Of a stretch of 64,000 nucleotides of DNA, positions 36,101-49,800 are shown one piece after another. Source of the DNA: Eledone cirrhosa (lineage: Eukaryota); the NCBI GenBank assembly GCA_964016885.1, contig OZ024740.1, forward strand, positions 25,792,001-25,856,000. Reading direction: 5' to 3'. The notes below the pieces were generated by a model. The model was not told where the DNA came from. It did not search any database and saw only the letters and a list, made by a program, of their open reading frames with translations. Numbering within the stretch: position 1 is the first letter of the stretch; every line of letters starts with the position of its first letter. Both the position numbers and the translations under genes were made by a program.

Positions 36101-39100
36101 AGTTGTAGTTACTTCTATTGTAGTTGTAGTTATTTCTATTGTAGTTGTAGATACTTCTATTGTAGTTGTAGTTTCTTCTATTGTAGTTGTAGATACTTGT
36201 ATTGTAGTTGTAGTTACTTCTATTGTAGTTGTAGTTACTTCTATTGTAGTTGTAATTACTTCTATTGTAGTTGTAGATACTTCTATTGTAGATGTAGATA
36301 CTTCTATTGTAGTTGTAGAAGCTTCTATTGTAGATTTTGTTACTCCTATTGTAGTTGCAGTTACTTCTATTGTAGTTGTAGTTACTTCTCTTGTAGTTGT
36401 AGTTACTTCTATTGTAGTTGTAGTTACTTCTATTGTAGTTGTAGATACTTCTATTGTAGTTGTAGTTACTTCTATTGTAGTTGTAGTTAGTTCTATTGTA
36501 GTTGTAGTTACTTCTATTGTAGTTGTAGTTACTTCTATTGTAGTTGTAGTTACTTCTATTGTAGTTGTAGTTACTTCTATTGTAGTTGTAGTTATTTCTA
36601 TTGTAGTTGTAGATATTTCTATTGTAGTTGTAGAAACTTCTATTGTAGTTGTAGTTACTTCTATTGTAGTTGTAGTTACTTCTATTGTAGTTGTAGTTAC
36701 TTCTATTGTAGTTGTAGTTACTTCTATTGTAGTTGTAGTTACTTCTATTGTAGTTGTAGTTACTTCTATTGTAGTTGTAGTTACTCCTATTGTAGTTGTA
36801 GTTACTCCTATTGTAGTTGTAGTTACTTCTATTGTAGTTGCAGTTACTTCTATTGTAGTTGTAGTTATTTCTATCGTAGTTGTAGATACTCCTATTGTAG
36901 TTGTAGATACATCTATTGTAGATGTAGATACTTCTATTGTAGTTGTAGAAGCTTCTATTGTAGATGTTGTTACTCCTATTGTAGTTGTAGTTACTTCTAT
37001 TGTAGTTGTAGTTACTTCTATTGTAGTTGTAGTTACTTCTATTGTATTTGTAGTTACTTCTATTGTAGTTGTAGATACTCCTATTGTAGTTGTAGTTATT
37101 TCTATTGTAGTTGTAGTTACTTCTCTTGCAGTTGTAGTTACTTCTATTGTAGTTGTAGTTATTTCTATTGTAGTTGTAGTTACTTCTCTTGTAGTTGTAG
37201 TTACTTCTATTGTAGTTGTAGTTACTTCTATTGTAGTTGTAGTTATTTCTATTGTAGTTGTAGATACTTCTATTGTAGTTGTAGTTACTTCTATTGTAGT
37301 TGTAGTTACTTCTATTGTAGTTGTAGTTATTTCTATTGTAGTTGTAGATACTCCTATTGTAGTTGTAGTTACTTCTATTGTAGTTGTAGTTACTTCTATT
37401 GTAGTTGTAGTTATTTCCATTGTAGTTGTAGTTACTTCTATTGTAGTTGTAGTTACTTCTATTGTATTTGTAGTTACTTCTATTGTAGTTGTAGTTACTT
37501 CTATTGTAGTTGTAGTTATTTCTATTGTAGTTGTAGTTACTTCTATTGTAGTTGTAGTTACTTCTATTGTAGTTGTAGTTACTTCTATTGTAGTTGTAGT
37601 TAGTTCTATTGTAGTTGTAGTTACTTCTATTGTAGTTGTAGTTACTTCTATTGTAGTTGTAGTTGTAGTTATTTCTATTGTAGTTGTAGTTACTTCTATT
37701 GTAGTTGTAGTTCTTCTATTGTAGTTGTAGTTACTTCTATTGTAGTTGTAGTTACTTCTATTGTAGTTGTAGTTACTTCTATTGTAGTTGTAGTTACTTC
37801 TATTGTAGTTGTAGTTACTTCTATTGTAGATGTAGTTACTTCTATTGTATTTGTAGCTGTAGTTACTTCTATTGTATTTGTAGATGTAGTTACTTCTATT
37901 GTATTTGTAGTTCTAGTTACTTCTATTTTTAGTTGTAGTTACTTCTATTGTAGTTGTAGTTACTTCTATTGTAGTTGTAGTTACTTCTATTGTAGTTGTA
38001 CTTATTTCTATTGTAGTTGTAATTACTTCTGTTGTAGTTGTAGTTACTTCTATTGTAGTTGTAGATATTTCTATTGTAGTTGTAGTTACTTCTATTGTAG
38101 TTGTAGTTACTTCTATTGTAGTTGTAGTAACTTCTATTGTATTTGTAGCTGTAGTTACTTCTATTATAATTGTAGATACTTCTATTGTTGTTGTAGGTAC
38201 TTCTATGGTAGCTGTAGATACCTCTATTGTAGTTGTAGATACTTCTATTGTAGTTGTAGTTACTGCTATTGTAGTTGTAGTTACTGCTATTGTAGTTGTA
38301 GATACTTCTATTGTAGTTGTAGATACTTCTATTGTAGTTGTAGTTACTTCTATTGTAGTTGTAGTTACTTCTATTGTAGTTGTAGTTACTTCTATTGTAG
38401 TTGTAGATACTCCTATTGTAGTTGTAGTTATTTCTATTGTAGTTGTAGTTACTTCTCTTGTAGTTATAGTTACTTCTATTGTAGTTGTAGTTATTTCTAT
38501 TGTAGTTGTAGTTACTTCTCTTGTAGTTGTAGTTACTTCTATTGTAGTTGTAGTTACTTCTATTGTAGTTGTAGTTATTTCTATCGTAGTTGTAGTTACT
38601 TCTATTGTAGTTGTAGATACTTCTATTGTAGTTGTAGTTATTTCTATTGTAGTTGTAGTTAATTCTCTTGTAGTTGTCGTTACTTCTATTGTAGTTGTAG
38701 TTACTTCTATTGTAGTTGTAGTTACTTCTATTGTAGTTGTAGTTACTTCTATTGTAGTTGTAGTTATTTCTATTGTAGGTGTAGTTACTTCTATCGTAGT
38801 TGTAGTTACTTCTATTGTAGGTGTAGTTAATTCTATTGTAGTTGTAGTTACTTCTATTGTAGTTGTAGTTATTTCTATTGTAGTTGTAGTTACTTCTATT
38901 GTAGTTGTAGTTATTTCTATTGTAGTTGTAGATACTTCTATTGTAGTTGTAGTTTCTTCTATTGTAGTTGTAGATACTTGTATTGTAGTTGTAGTTACTT
39001 CTATTGTAGTTGTAGTTACTTCTATTGTAGTTGTAATTACTTCTATTGTAGTTGTAGATACTTCTATTGTAGATGTAGATACTTCTATTGTAGTTGTAGA

Positions 39101-40759
39101 AGCTTCTATTGTAGATTTTGTTACTCCTATTGTAGTTGCAGTTACTTCTATTGTAGTTGTAGTTACTTCTCTTGTAGTTGTAGTTACTTCTATTGTAGTT
39201 GTAGTTACTTCTACTGTAGTTGTAGATACTTCTATTGTAGATGTAGATACTTCTATTGTAGTTGTAGTTACTTCTATTGTAGTTGTAGTTAGTTCTATTG
39301 TAGTTGTAGTTATTTCTATTGTAGTTGTAGATATTTCTATTGTAGTTGTAGAAACTTCTATTGTAGTTGTAGTTACTTCTATTGTAGTTGTAGTTACTTC
39401 TATTGTAGTTGTAGTTACTTCTATTGTAGTTGTAGTTACTTCTATTGTAGTTGTAGTTACTTCTATTGTAGTTGTAGTTACTTCTATTGTAGTTGTAGTT
39501 ACTCCTATTGTAGTTGTAGTTACTCCTATTGTAGTTGTAGTTACTTCTATTGTAGTTGTAGTTACTTCTATTGTAGTTGTAGTTATTTCTATCGTAGTTG
39601 TAGATACTCCTATTGTAGTTGTAGATACATCTATTGTAGATGTAGATACTTCTATTGTAGTTGTAGAAGCTTCTATTGTAGATGTTGTTACTCCTATTGT
39701 AGTTGTAGTTACTTCTATTGAGGTTGTAGTTACTTCTATTGTAGTTGTAGTTACTTCTATTGTAGTTGTAGTTACTTCTATTGTAGTTGTAGATACTCCT
39801 ATTGTAGTTGTAGTTATTTCTATTGTAGTTGTAGTTACTTCTCTTGCAGTTGTAGTTACTTCTATTGTAGTTGTAGCTATTTCTATTGTAGTTGTAGTTA
39901 CTTCTCTTGTAGTTGTAGTTACTTCTATTGTAGTTGTAGTTACTTCTATTGTAGTTGTAGTTATTTCTATTGTAGTTGTAGATACTTCTATTGTAGTTGT
40001 AGTTACTTCTATTGTAGTTGTAGTTACTTCTATTGTAGTTGTAGTTATTTCTATTGTAGTTGTAGATACTCCTATTGTAGTTGTAGTTACTTCTATTGTA
40101 GTTGTAGTTACTTCTATTGTAGTTGTAGTTATTTCCATTGTAGTTGTAGTTACTTCTATTGTAGTTGTAGTTACTTCTATTGTATTTGTAGTTACTTCTA
40201 TTGTAGTTGTAGTTACTTCTATTGTAGTTGTAGTTATTTCTATTGTAGTTGTAGTTACTTCTATTGTAGTTGTAGTTACTTCTATTGTAGTTGTAGTTAC
40301 TTCTATTGTAGTTGTAGTTAGTTCTATTGTAGTTGTAGTTACTTCTATTGTAGTTGTAGTTACTTCTATTGTAGTTGTAGTTGTAGTTATTTCTATTGTA
40401 GTTGTAGTTACTTCTATTGTAGTTGTAGTTCTTCTATTGTAGTTGTAGTTACTTCTATTGTAGTTGTAGTTACTTCTATTGTAGTTGTAGTTACTTCTAT
40501 TGTAGTTGTAGTTACTTCTATTGTAGTTGTAGTTATTTCTATTGTAGTTGTAGTTACTTCTATTGTAGTTGTAGTTATTTCTATTGTAGTTGTAGTTACT
40601 TCTATTGTAGTTGTAGTTACTTCTATTATAGTTGTAGTTACTTCTATTGTAGTTGTAGTTACTTCTATTGTAGTTGTAGTTAGTTCTATTGTAGTTGTAG
40701 TTACTTCTATTGTAGTTGTAGTTATTTCTATTGTAGATGTAGTTACTCCTATTGTAGTT

Positions 40760-43700
40760 GTAGTTACTTCTATTGTAGTTGTAGTTACTTCTATTGTAGT
40801 TGTAGTTACTTCTATTGTAGTTGTAGTTATTTCTATCGTAGTTGTAGATACTCCTATTGTAGTTGTAGATACTTCTATTGTAGATGTAGATACTTCTATT
40901 GTAGTTGTAGAAGCTTCTATTGTAGATGTTGTTACTCCTATTGTAGTTGTAGTTACTTCTATTGTAGTTGTAGTTAATTCTATTGTAGTTGTAGTTACTT
41001 CTATTGTAGTTGTAGTTACTTCTATTGTAGTTGTAGATACTCCTATTGTAGTTGTAGTTATTTCTATTGTAGTTGTAGTTACTTCTCTTGTAGTTATAGT
41101 TACTTCTATTGTAGTTGTAGTTATTTCTATTGTAGTTGTAGTTACTTCTCTTGTAGTTGTAGTTACTTCTATTGTAGTTGTAGTTACTTCTATTGTAGTT
41201 GTAGTTACTTCTATTGTAGTTGTAGTTACTTCTATTGTAGTTGTAGATACTCCTATTGTAGTTGTAGTTACTTCTATTGTAGTTGTAGATACTTCTATTG
41301 TAGTTGTAGATACTTCTATTGTAGTTGTATTTATTTCTATTGTAGTTGTAGTTACTTCTATTGTAGTTGTAGATACTTCTATTGTAGTTGTAGTTATATC
41401 TATTGTAGTTGTAGATAGTTCTATTGTAGTTGTAGTTACTTCTATTGTAGTTGTAGTTACTTCTATTGTAGTTGTAGTTACTTCTATTGTAGTTGTAGTT
41501 ACTTCTATTGTAGTTGTAGTTACTTCTATTGTAGTTGTAGTTACTTCTATTGTAGTTGTAGTTACTCCTATTGTAGTTGTAGTTACTCCTATTGTAGTTG
41601 TAGTTACTTCTATTGTAGTTGTAGTTACTTCTATTGTAGTTGTAGATACTTCTATTGTAGTTGTAGATACATCTATTGTAGATGTAGATACTTCTATTGT
41701 AGTTGTAGAAGCTTCTATTGTAGATGTTGTTACTCCTATTGTAGTTGTAGTTACTTCTATTGTAGTTGTAGTTACTTCTATTGTAGTTGTAGTTACTTCT
41801 ATTGTAGTTGTAGTTACTTCTATTGTAGTTGTAGATACTCCTATTGTAGTTGTAGTTATTTCTATTGTAGTTGTAGTTACTTCTCTTGCAGTTGTAGTTA
41901 CTTCTATTGTAGTTGTAGTTACTTCTCTTGTAGTTGTATTTACTTCTATTGTAGTTGTAGTTACTTCTATTGTAGTTGTAGTTATTTCCATTGTAGTTGT
42001 AGTTACTTCTATTGTAGTTGTAGTTACTTCTATTGTAGTTGTAGTTACTTCTATTGTAGTTGTAGTTACTTCTATTGTAGTTGTAGTTATTTCTATTGTA
42101 GTTGTAGATATTTCTATTGTAGTTGTAGAAACTTCTATTGTAGTTGTAGTTACTTCTATTGTAGTTGTAGTTACTTCTATTGTAGTTGTAGTTACTTCTA
42201 TTGTAGTTGTAGTTACTTCTATTGTAGTTGTAGTTACTTCTATTGTAGTTGTAGTTACTTCTATTGTAGTTGTAGTTACTCCTATTGTAGTTGTAGTTAC
42301 TCCTATTGTAGTTGTAGTTACTTCTATTGTAGTTGTAGTTACTTCTATTGTAGTTGTAGTTATTTCTATCGTAGTTGTAGATACTCCTATTGTAGTTGTA
42401 GATACATCTATTGTAGATGTAGATACTTCTATTGTAGTTGTAGAAGCTTCTATTGTAGATGTTGTTACTCCTATTGTAGTTGTAGTTACTTCTATTGAGG
42501 TTGTAGTTACTTCTATTGTAGTTGTAGTTACTTCTATTGTAGTTGTAGTTACTTCTATTGTAGTTGTAGATACTCCTATTGTAGTTGTAGTTATTTCTAT
42601 TGTAGTTGTAGTTACTTCTCTTGCAGTTGTAGTTACTTCTATTGTAGTTGTAGCTATTTCTATTGTAGTTGTAGTTACTTCTCTTGTAGTTGTAGTTACT
42701 TCTATTGTAGTTGTAGTTACTTCTATTGTAGTTGTAGTTACTTCTATTGTAGTTGTAGTTACTTCTATTGTAGTTGTAGTTATTTCTATCGTAGTTGTAG
42801 ATACTCCTATTGTAGTTGTAGATACTTCTATTGTAGATGTAGATACTTCTATTGTAGTTGTAGAAGCTTCTATTGTAGATGTTGTTACTCCTATTGTAGT
42901 TGTAGTTACTTCTATTGTAGTTGTAGTTAATTCTATTGTAGTTGTAGTTACTTCTATTGTAGTTGTAGTTACTTCTATTGTAGTTGTAGATACTCCTATT
43001 GTAGTTGTAGTTATTTCTATTGTAGTTGTAGTTACTTCTCTTGTAGTTATAGTTACTTCTATTGTAGTTGTAGTTATTTCTATTGTAGTTGTAGTTACTT
43101 CTCTTGTAGTTGTAGTTACTTCTATTGTAGTTGTAGTTACTTCTATTGTAGTTGTAGTTACTTCTATTGTAGTTGTAGTTACTTCTATTGTAGTTGTAGA
43201 TACTCCTATTGTAGTTGTAGTTACTTCTATTGTAGTTGTAGATACTTCTATTGTAGTTGTAGATACTTCTATTGTAGTTGTATTTATTTCTATTGTAGTT
43301 GTAGTTACTTCTATTGTAGTTGTAGATACTTCTATTGTAGTTGTAGTTATATCTATTGTAGTTGTAGATAGTTCTATTGTAGTTGTAGTTACTTCTATTG
43401 TAGTTGTAGTTACTTCTATTGTAGTTGTAGTTACTTCTATTGTAGTTGTAGTTACTTCTATTGTAGTTGTAGTTACTTCTATTGTAGTTGTAGTTACTTC
43501 TATTGTAGTTGTAGTTACTCCTATTGTAGTTGTAGTTACTCCTATTGTAGTTGTAGTTACTTCTATTGTAGTTGTAGTTACTTCTATTGTAGTTGTAGTT
43601 ATTTCTATTGTAGTTGTAGATACTTCTATTGTAGTTGTAGATACATCTATTGTAGATGTAGATACTTCTATTGTAGTTGTAGAAGCTTCTATTGTAGATG

Positions 43701-43990
43701 TTGTTACTCCTATTGTAGTTGTAGTTACTTCTATTGTAGTTGTAGTTACTTCTATTGTAGTTGTAGTTACTTCTATTGTAGTTGTAGTTACTTCTATTGT
43801 AGTTGTAGATACTCCTATTGTAGTTGTAGTTATTTCTATTGTAGTTGTAGTTACTTCTCTTGCAGTTGTAGTTACTTCTATTGTAGTTGTAGTTACTTCT
43901 CTTGTAGTTGTATTTACTTCTATTGTAGTTGTAGTTACTTCTATTGTAGTTGTAGTTATTTCCATTGTAGTTGTAGTTACTTCTATTGTA
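40760..43990. repeat. Higher-order duplication with 1,953-bp (93-monomer) offset (boundaries approximate)
   Basis: The rare variant string GTTATATCTATTGTAGTTGTAGATAGTTCT occurs at ~41396 and ~43349, and flanking variants are in the same order. Confidence 0.75.
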
Positions 43991-44539
43991 GTTGTAGTTA
44001 CTTCTATTGTATTTGTAGTTACTTCTATTGTAGTTGTAGTTACTTCTATTGTAGTTGTAGTTACTTCTATTGTAGTTGTAGTTACTTCTATTGTAGTTGT
44101 AGTTACTTCTATTGTAGTTGTAGTTAGTTCTATTGTAGTTGTAGTTACTTCTATTGTAGTTGTAGTTACTTCTATTGTAGTTGTAATTACTTGTATTGTA
44201 GTGTAGATACTTCTATTGTAGATGTAGATACTTCTATTGTAGTTGGAGAAGCTTCTATTGTAGATGTTGTTACTCCTATTGTAGTTGTAGTTACTTCTAT
44301 TGTAGTTGTAGTTACTTCTCTTGTAGTTGTAGTTACTTCTATTGTAGTTGTAGTTACTTCTATTGTAGTTGTAGATACTTCTATTGTAGATGTAGATACT
44401 TCTATTGTAGTTGTAGTTACTTCTATTGTAGTTGTAGTTACTTCTATTGTAGTTGTAGTTACGTCTATTGTAGTTGTAGTTACTTCTATTGTAGTTGTAG
44501 TTATTTCTATTGTAGTTGTAGATATTTCTATTGTAGTTG

Positions 44540-46770
44540 TAGATACTTCTATTGTAGTTGTAGTTACTTCTATTGTAGTTGTAGTTACTTCTATTGTAGT
44601 TGTAGTTACTTCTATTGTAGTTGTAGATACTTGTATTGTAGTTGTAGTTACTTCTATTGTAGTTGTAGTTACTTCTATTGTAGTTGTAGTTACTTCTATT
44701 GTATTTGTAGTTATTTCTATTGTAGTTGTAGTTACTTCTATTGTAGTTGTAGTTACCTCTCTTGTAGTTGTAGTTATTTCTATTGTAGTTGTAGTTACTT
44801 CTATTGTAGTTGTAGTTACTTCTCTTGTAGTTGTAGTTATTTCTATTGTAGTTGTAGTTACTTCTCTTGTAGTTGTAGTTACTTCTATTGTAGTTGTAGT
44901 TACTTCTATTGTAGTTGTAGTTACTTCTATTGTAGTTGTAGTTACTTCTCTTGTAGTTGTAGTTACTTCTATTGTAGTTGTAGTTACTTCTATTGTAGTT
45001 GTAGTTACTTCTATTGTAGTTGTAGATACTTCTATTGTAGTTGTAGTTACTTCTATTGTAGTTGTAGATACTCCTATTGTAGTTGTAGTTACTTCTATTG
45101 TAGCTGTAGATACTTCTATTGTAGTTGTAGTTACTTCTATTGTAGTTGTAGTTACTTCTATTGTAGTTGTAGTTACTTCTATTGTAGTTGTAGTTACTTC
45201 TATTGTAGTTGTAGATACTCCTATTGTAGTTGTAGTTACTTCTATTGTAGTTGTAGATACTTCTATTGTAGTTGTAGTTATTTCTATTGTAGTTGTAGTT
45301 ACTTCTATTGTAGTTGTAGATACTTCTATTGTAGTTGTAGTTATTTCTATTGTAGTTGTAGATACTTCTATTGTAGTTGTAGTTATTTCTATTGTAGTTG
45401 TAGTTACTTCTATTGTAGTTGTAGATACTTCTATTGTAGTTGTAGTTATTTCTATTGTAGTTGTAGATACTTCTATTGTAGTTGTAGTTTCTTCTATTGT
45501 AGTTGTAGATACTTGTATTGTAGTTGTAGTTACTTCTATTGTAGTTGTAGTTACTTCTATTGTAGTTGTAATTACTTCTATTGTAGTTGTAGATACTTCT
45601 ATTGTAGTTGTAGATACTTCTATTGTAGTTGTAGTTATTTCTATTGTAGTTGTAGATACTTCTATTGTAGTTGTAGATACTTCTATTGTAGTTGTAGTTA
45701 CTTCTATTGTAGTTGTAGTTACTTCTATTGTAGTTGTAGATACTTGTATTGTAGTTGTAGTTACTTCTATTGTAGTTGTAGTTACTTCTATTGTAGTTGT
45801 AGTTACTTCTATTGTATTTGTAGTTATTTCTATTGTAGTTGTAGTTACTTCTATTGTAGTTGTAGTTACCTCTCTTGTAGTTGTAGTTATTTCTATTGTA
45901 GTTGTAGTTACTTCTATTGTAGTTGTAGTTACTTCTCTTGTAGTTGTAGTTATTTCTATTGTAGTTGTAGTTACTTCTCTTGTAGTTGTAGTTACTTCTA
46001 TTGTAGTTGTAGTTACTTCTATTGTAGTTGTAGTTACTTCTATTGTAGTTGTAGTTACTTCTCTTGTAGTTGTAGTTACTTCTATTGTAGTTGTAGTTAC
46101 TTCTATTGTAGTTGTAGTTACTTCTATTGTAGTTGTAGATACTTCTATTGTAGTTGTAGTTACTTCTATTGTAGTTGTAGATACTCCTATTGTAGTTGTA
46201 GTTACTTCTATTGTAGTTGTAGATACTTCTATTGTAGTTGTAGTTACTTCTATTGTAGTTGTAGTTACTTCTATTGTAGTTGTAGTTACTTCTATTGTAG
46301 TTGTAGTTACTTCTATTGTAGTTGTAGTTACTTCTATTGTAGTTGTAGATACTCCTATTGTAGTTGTAGTTACTTCTATTGTAGTTGTAGATACTTCTAT
46401 TGTAGTTGTAGTTATTTCTATTGTAGTTGTAGTTACTTCTATTGTAGTTGTAGATACTTCTATTGTAGTTGTAGTTATTTCTATTGTAGTTGTAGATACT
46501 TCTATTGTAGTTGTAGTTATTTCTATTGTAGTTGTAGTTACTTCTATTGTAGTTGTAGATACTTCTATTGTAGTTGTAGTTATTTCTATTGTAGTTGTAG
46601 ATACTTCTATTGTAGTTGTAGTTTCTTCTATTGTAGTTGTAGATACTTGTATTGTAGTTGTAGTTACTTCTATTGTAGTTGTAGTTACTTCTATTGTAGT
46701 TGTAATTACTTCTATTGTAGTTGTAGATACTTCTATTGTAGTTGTAGATACTTCTATTGTAGTTGTAGTT
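44540..46770. repeat. Tandem higher-order duplication of 1,113 bp (53 monomers), 2 copies (boundaries approximate)
   Basis: The variant series GATACTTGT, GTATTT-ATT, ACCTCTCTT... starts at 44631 and again at 45744. Confidence 0.8.
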
Positions 46771-46849
46771 ATTTCTATTGTAGTTGTAGATACTCCTATC
46801 GTAGTTGTAGATACGTCTATTGTAGTTGTAGTTATTTCTATTGTAGTTG

Positions 46850-49800
46850 TAGTTACTTCTATTGTAGTTGTAGATACTTCTATTGTAGTTGTAGTTATTT
46901 CTATTGTAGTTGTAGATACTTCTATTGTAGTTGTAGTTTCTTCTATTGTAGTTGTAGATACTTGTATTGTAGTTGTAGTTACTTCTATTGTAGTTGTAGT
47001 TACTTCTATTGTATTTGTAATTACTTCTATTGTAGTTGTAGATACTTCTATTGTAGATGTAGATACTTCTATTGTAGTTGTAGAAGCTTCTATTGTAGAT
47101 TTTGTTACTCCTATTGTAGTTGCAGTTACTTCTATTGTAGTTGTAGTTACTTCTCTTGTAGTTGTAGTTACTTCTATTGTAGTTGTAGTTACTTCTATTG
47201 TAGTTGTAGATACTTCTATTGTAGATGTAGATACTTCTATTGTAGTTGTAGTTACTTCTATTGTAGTTGTAGTTAGTTCTATTGTAGTTGTAGTTACTTC
47301 TATTGTAGTTGTAGTTACTTCTATTGTAGTTGTAGTTACTTCTATTGTAGTTGTAGTTACTTCTATTGTAGTTGTAGTTATTTCTATTGTAGTTGTAGAT
47401 ATTTCTATTGTAGTTGTACATACTTCTATTGTAGTTGTAGTTACTTCTATTGTAGTTGTAGTTACTTCTATTGTAGTTGTAGTTACTTCTATTGTAGTTG
47501 TAGATACTTGTATTGTAGTTGTAGTTACTTCTATTGTAGTTGTAGTTACTTCTATTGTAGTTGTAGTTACTTCTATTGTAGTTGTAGATACTCCTATTGT
47601 AGTTGTAGTTACTTCTATTGTAGTTGTAGTTACTTCTATTGTAGTTGTAGTTACTTCTATTGTAGTTGTAGTTATTACTATTGTAGTTGTAGATACTCCT
47701 ATTGTAGTTGTAGATACTTCTATTGTAGATGTAGATACTTCTATTGTAGTTGTAGAAGCTTCTATTGTAGATGTTGTTACTCCTATTGTAGTTGTAGTTA
47801 CTTCTATTGTAGTTGTAGTTACTTCTATTGTAGTTGTAGTTACTTCTATTGTAGTTGTAGTTACTTATATTGTAGTTGTAGTTACTTCTATTGTAGTTGT
47901 AGTTACTTCTATTGTAGTTGTAGTTACTTCTATTGTAGATGTTGTTACTTCTATTGTAGTTGTAGATACTCCTATTGTAGTTGTAGTTACTTCTATTGTA
48001 GTTGTAGATACTTCTATTGTAGTTGTAGTTATTTCTATTGTAGTTGTAGTTAATTCTCTTGTAGTTGTCGTTACTTCTATTGTAGTTGTAGTTACTTCTA
48101 TTGTAGTTGTAGTTACTTCTATTGTAGTTGTAGTTACTTCTATTGTAGTTGTAGTTATTTCTATTGTAGGTGTAGTTACTTCTATCGTAGTTGTAGTTAC
48201 TTCTATTGTAGGTGTAGTTAATTCTATTGTAGTTGTAGTTACTTCTATTGTAGTTGTAGTTATTTCTATTGTAGTTGTAGTTACTTCTATTGTAGTTGTA
48301 GTTATTTCTATTGTAGTTGTAGATACTTCTATTGTAGTTGTAGTTTCTTCTATTGTAGTTGTAGATACTTGTATTGTAGTTGTAGTTACTTCTATTGTAG
48401 TTGTAGTTACTTCTATTGTAGTTGTAATTACTTCTATTGTAGTTGTAGATACTTCTATTGTAGATGTAGATACTTCTATTGTAGTTGTAGAAGCTTCTAT
48501 TGTAGATTTTGTTACTCCTATTGTAGTTGCAGTTACTTCTATTGTAGTTGTAGTTACTTCTCTTGTAGTTGTAGTTACTTCTATTGTAGTTGTAGTTACT
48601 TCTATTGTAGTTGTAGATACTTCTATTGTAGATGTAGATACTTCTATTGTAGTTGTAGTTACTTCTATTGTAGTTGTAGTTAGTTCTATTGTAGTTGTAG
48701 TTACTTCTATTGTAGTTGTAGTTACTTCTATTGTAGTTGTAGTTACTTCTATTGTAGTTGTAGTTACTTCTATTGTAGTTGTAGTTATTTCTATTGTAGT
48801 TGTAGATATTTCTATTGTAGTTGTAGAAACTTCTATTGTAGTTGTAGTTACTTCTATTGTAGTTGTAGTTACTTCTATTGTAGTTGTAGTTACTTCTATT
48901 GTAGTTGTAGATACTTGTATTGTAGTTGTAGTTACTTCTATTGTAGTTGTAGTTACTTCTATTGTAGTTGTAGTTACTTCTATTGTAGTTGTAGATACTC
49001 CTATTGTAGTTGTAGTAACTTCTATTGTAGTTGTAGTTACTTCTATTGTAGTTGTAGTTACTTCTATTGTAGTTGTAGTTATTTATATTGTAGTTGTAGA
49101 TATTTCTATTGTAGTTGTAGAAACTTCTATTGTAGTTGTAGTTACTTCTATTGTAGTTGTAGTTACTTCTATTGTAGTTGTAGTTACTTCTATTGTAGTT
49201 GTAGTTACTTCTATTGTAGTTGTAGTTACTTCTATTGTAGTTGTAGTTACTTCTATTGTAGTTGTAGTTACTTCTATTGTAGTTGTAGTTATTTCTATTG
49301 TAGTTGTAGTTACTTCTATTGTAGTTGTAGTTATTTCTATTGTAGTTATAGTTACTTCTCTTGTAGTTGTAGTTACTTCTATTGTAGTTGTAGTTACTTC
49401 TATTGTAGTTGTAGTTACTTCTATTGTAGTTGTAGTTACTTCTATTGTAGTTGTAGTTATTTCTATTGTAGTTGTAGTTACTTCTATTGTAGTTGTAGTT
49501 ACTTCTATTGTAGTTGTAGTTACTTCTATTGTAGTTGTAGTTACTTATATTGTAGTTGTAGTTATTTCTATTGTAGTTGTAGTTACTTCTATTGTAGTTG
49601 TAGTTACTTCTATTGTAGTTGTAGTTACTTCTATTGTAGTTGTAGTTACTTCTATTGTAGTTGTAGTTATTTCTATTGTAGTTGTAGTTACTTCTATTGT
49701 AGTTGTAGTTACTTCTATTGTAGTTGTAGATACTCCTATTGTAGTTGTAGTTACTTCTATTGTAGTTGTAGTTATTTCTATTGTAGTTGTAGTTACTTCT

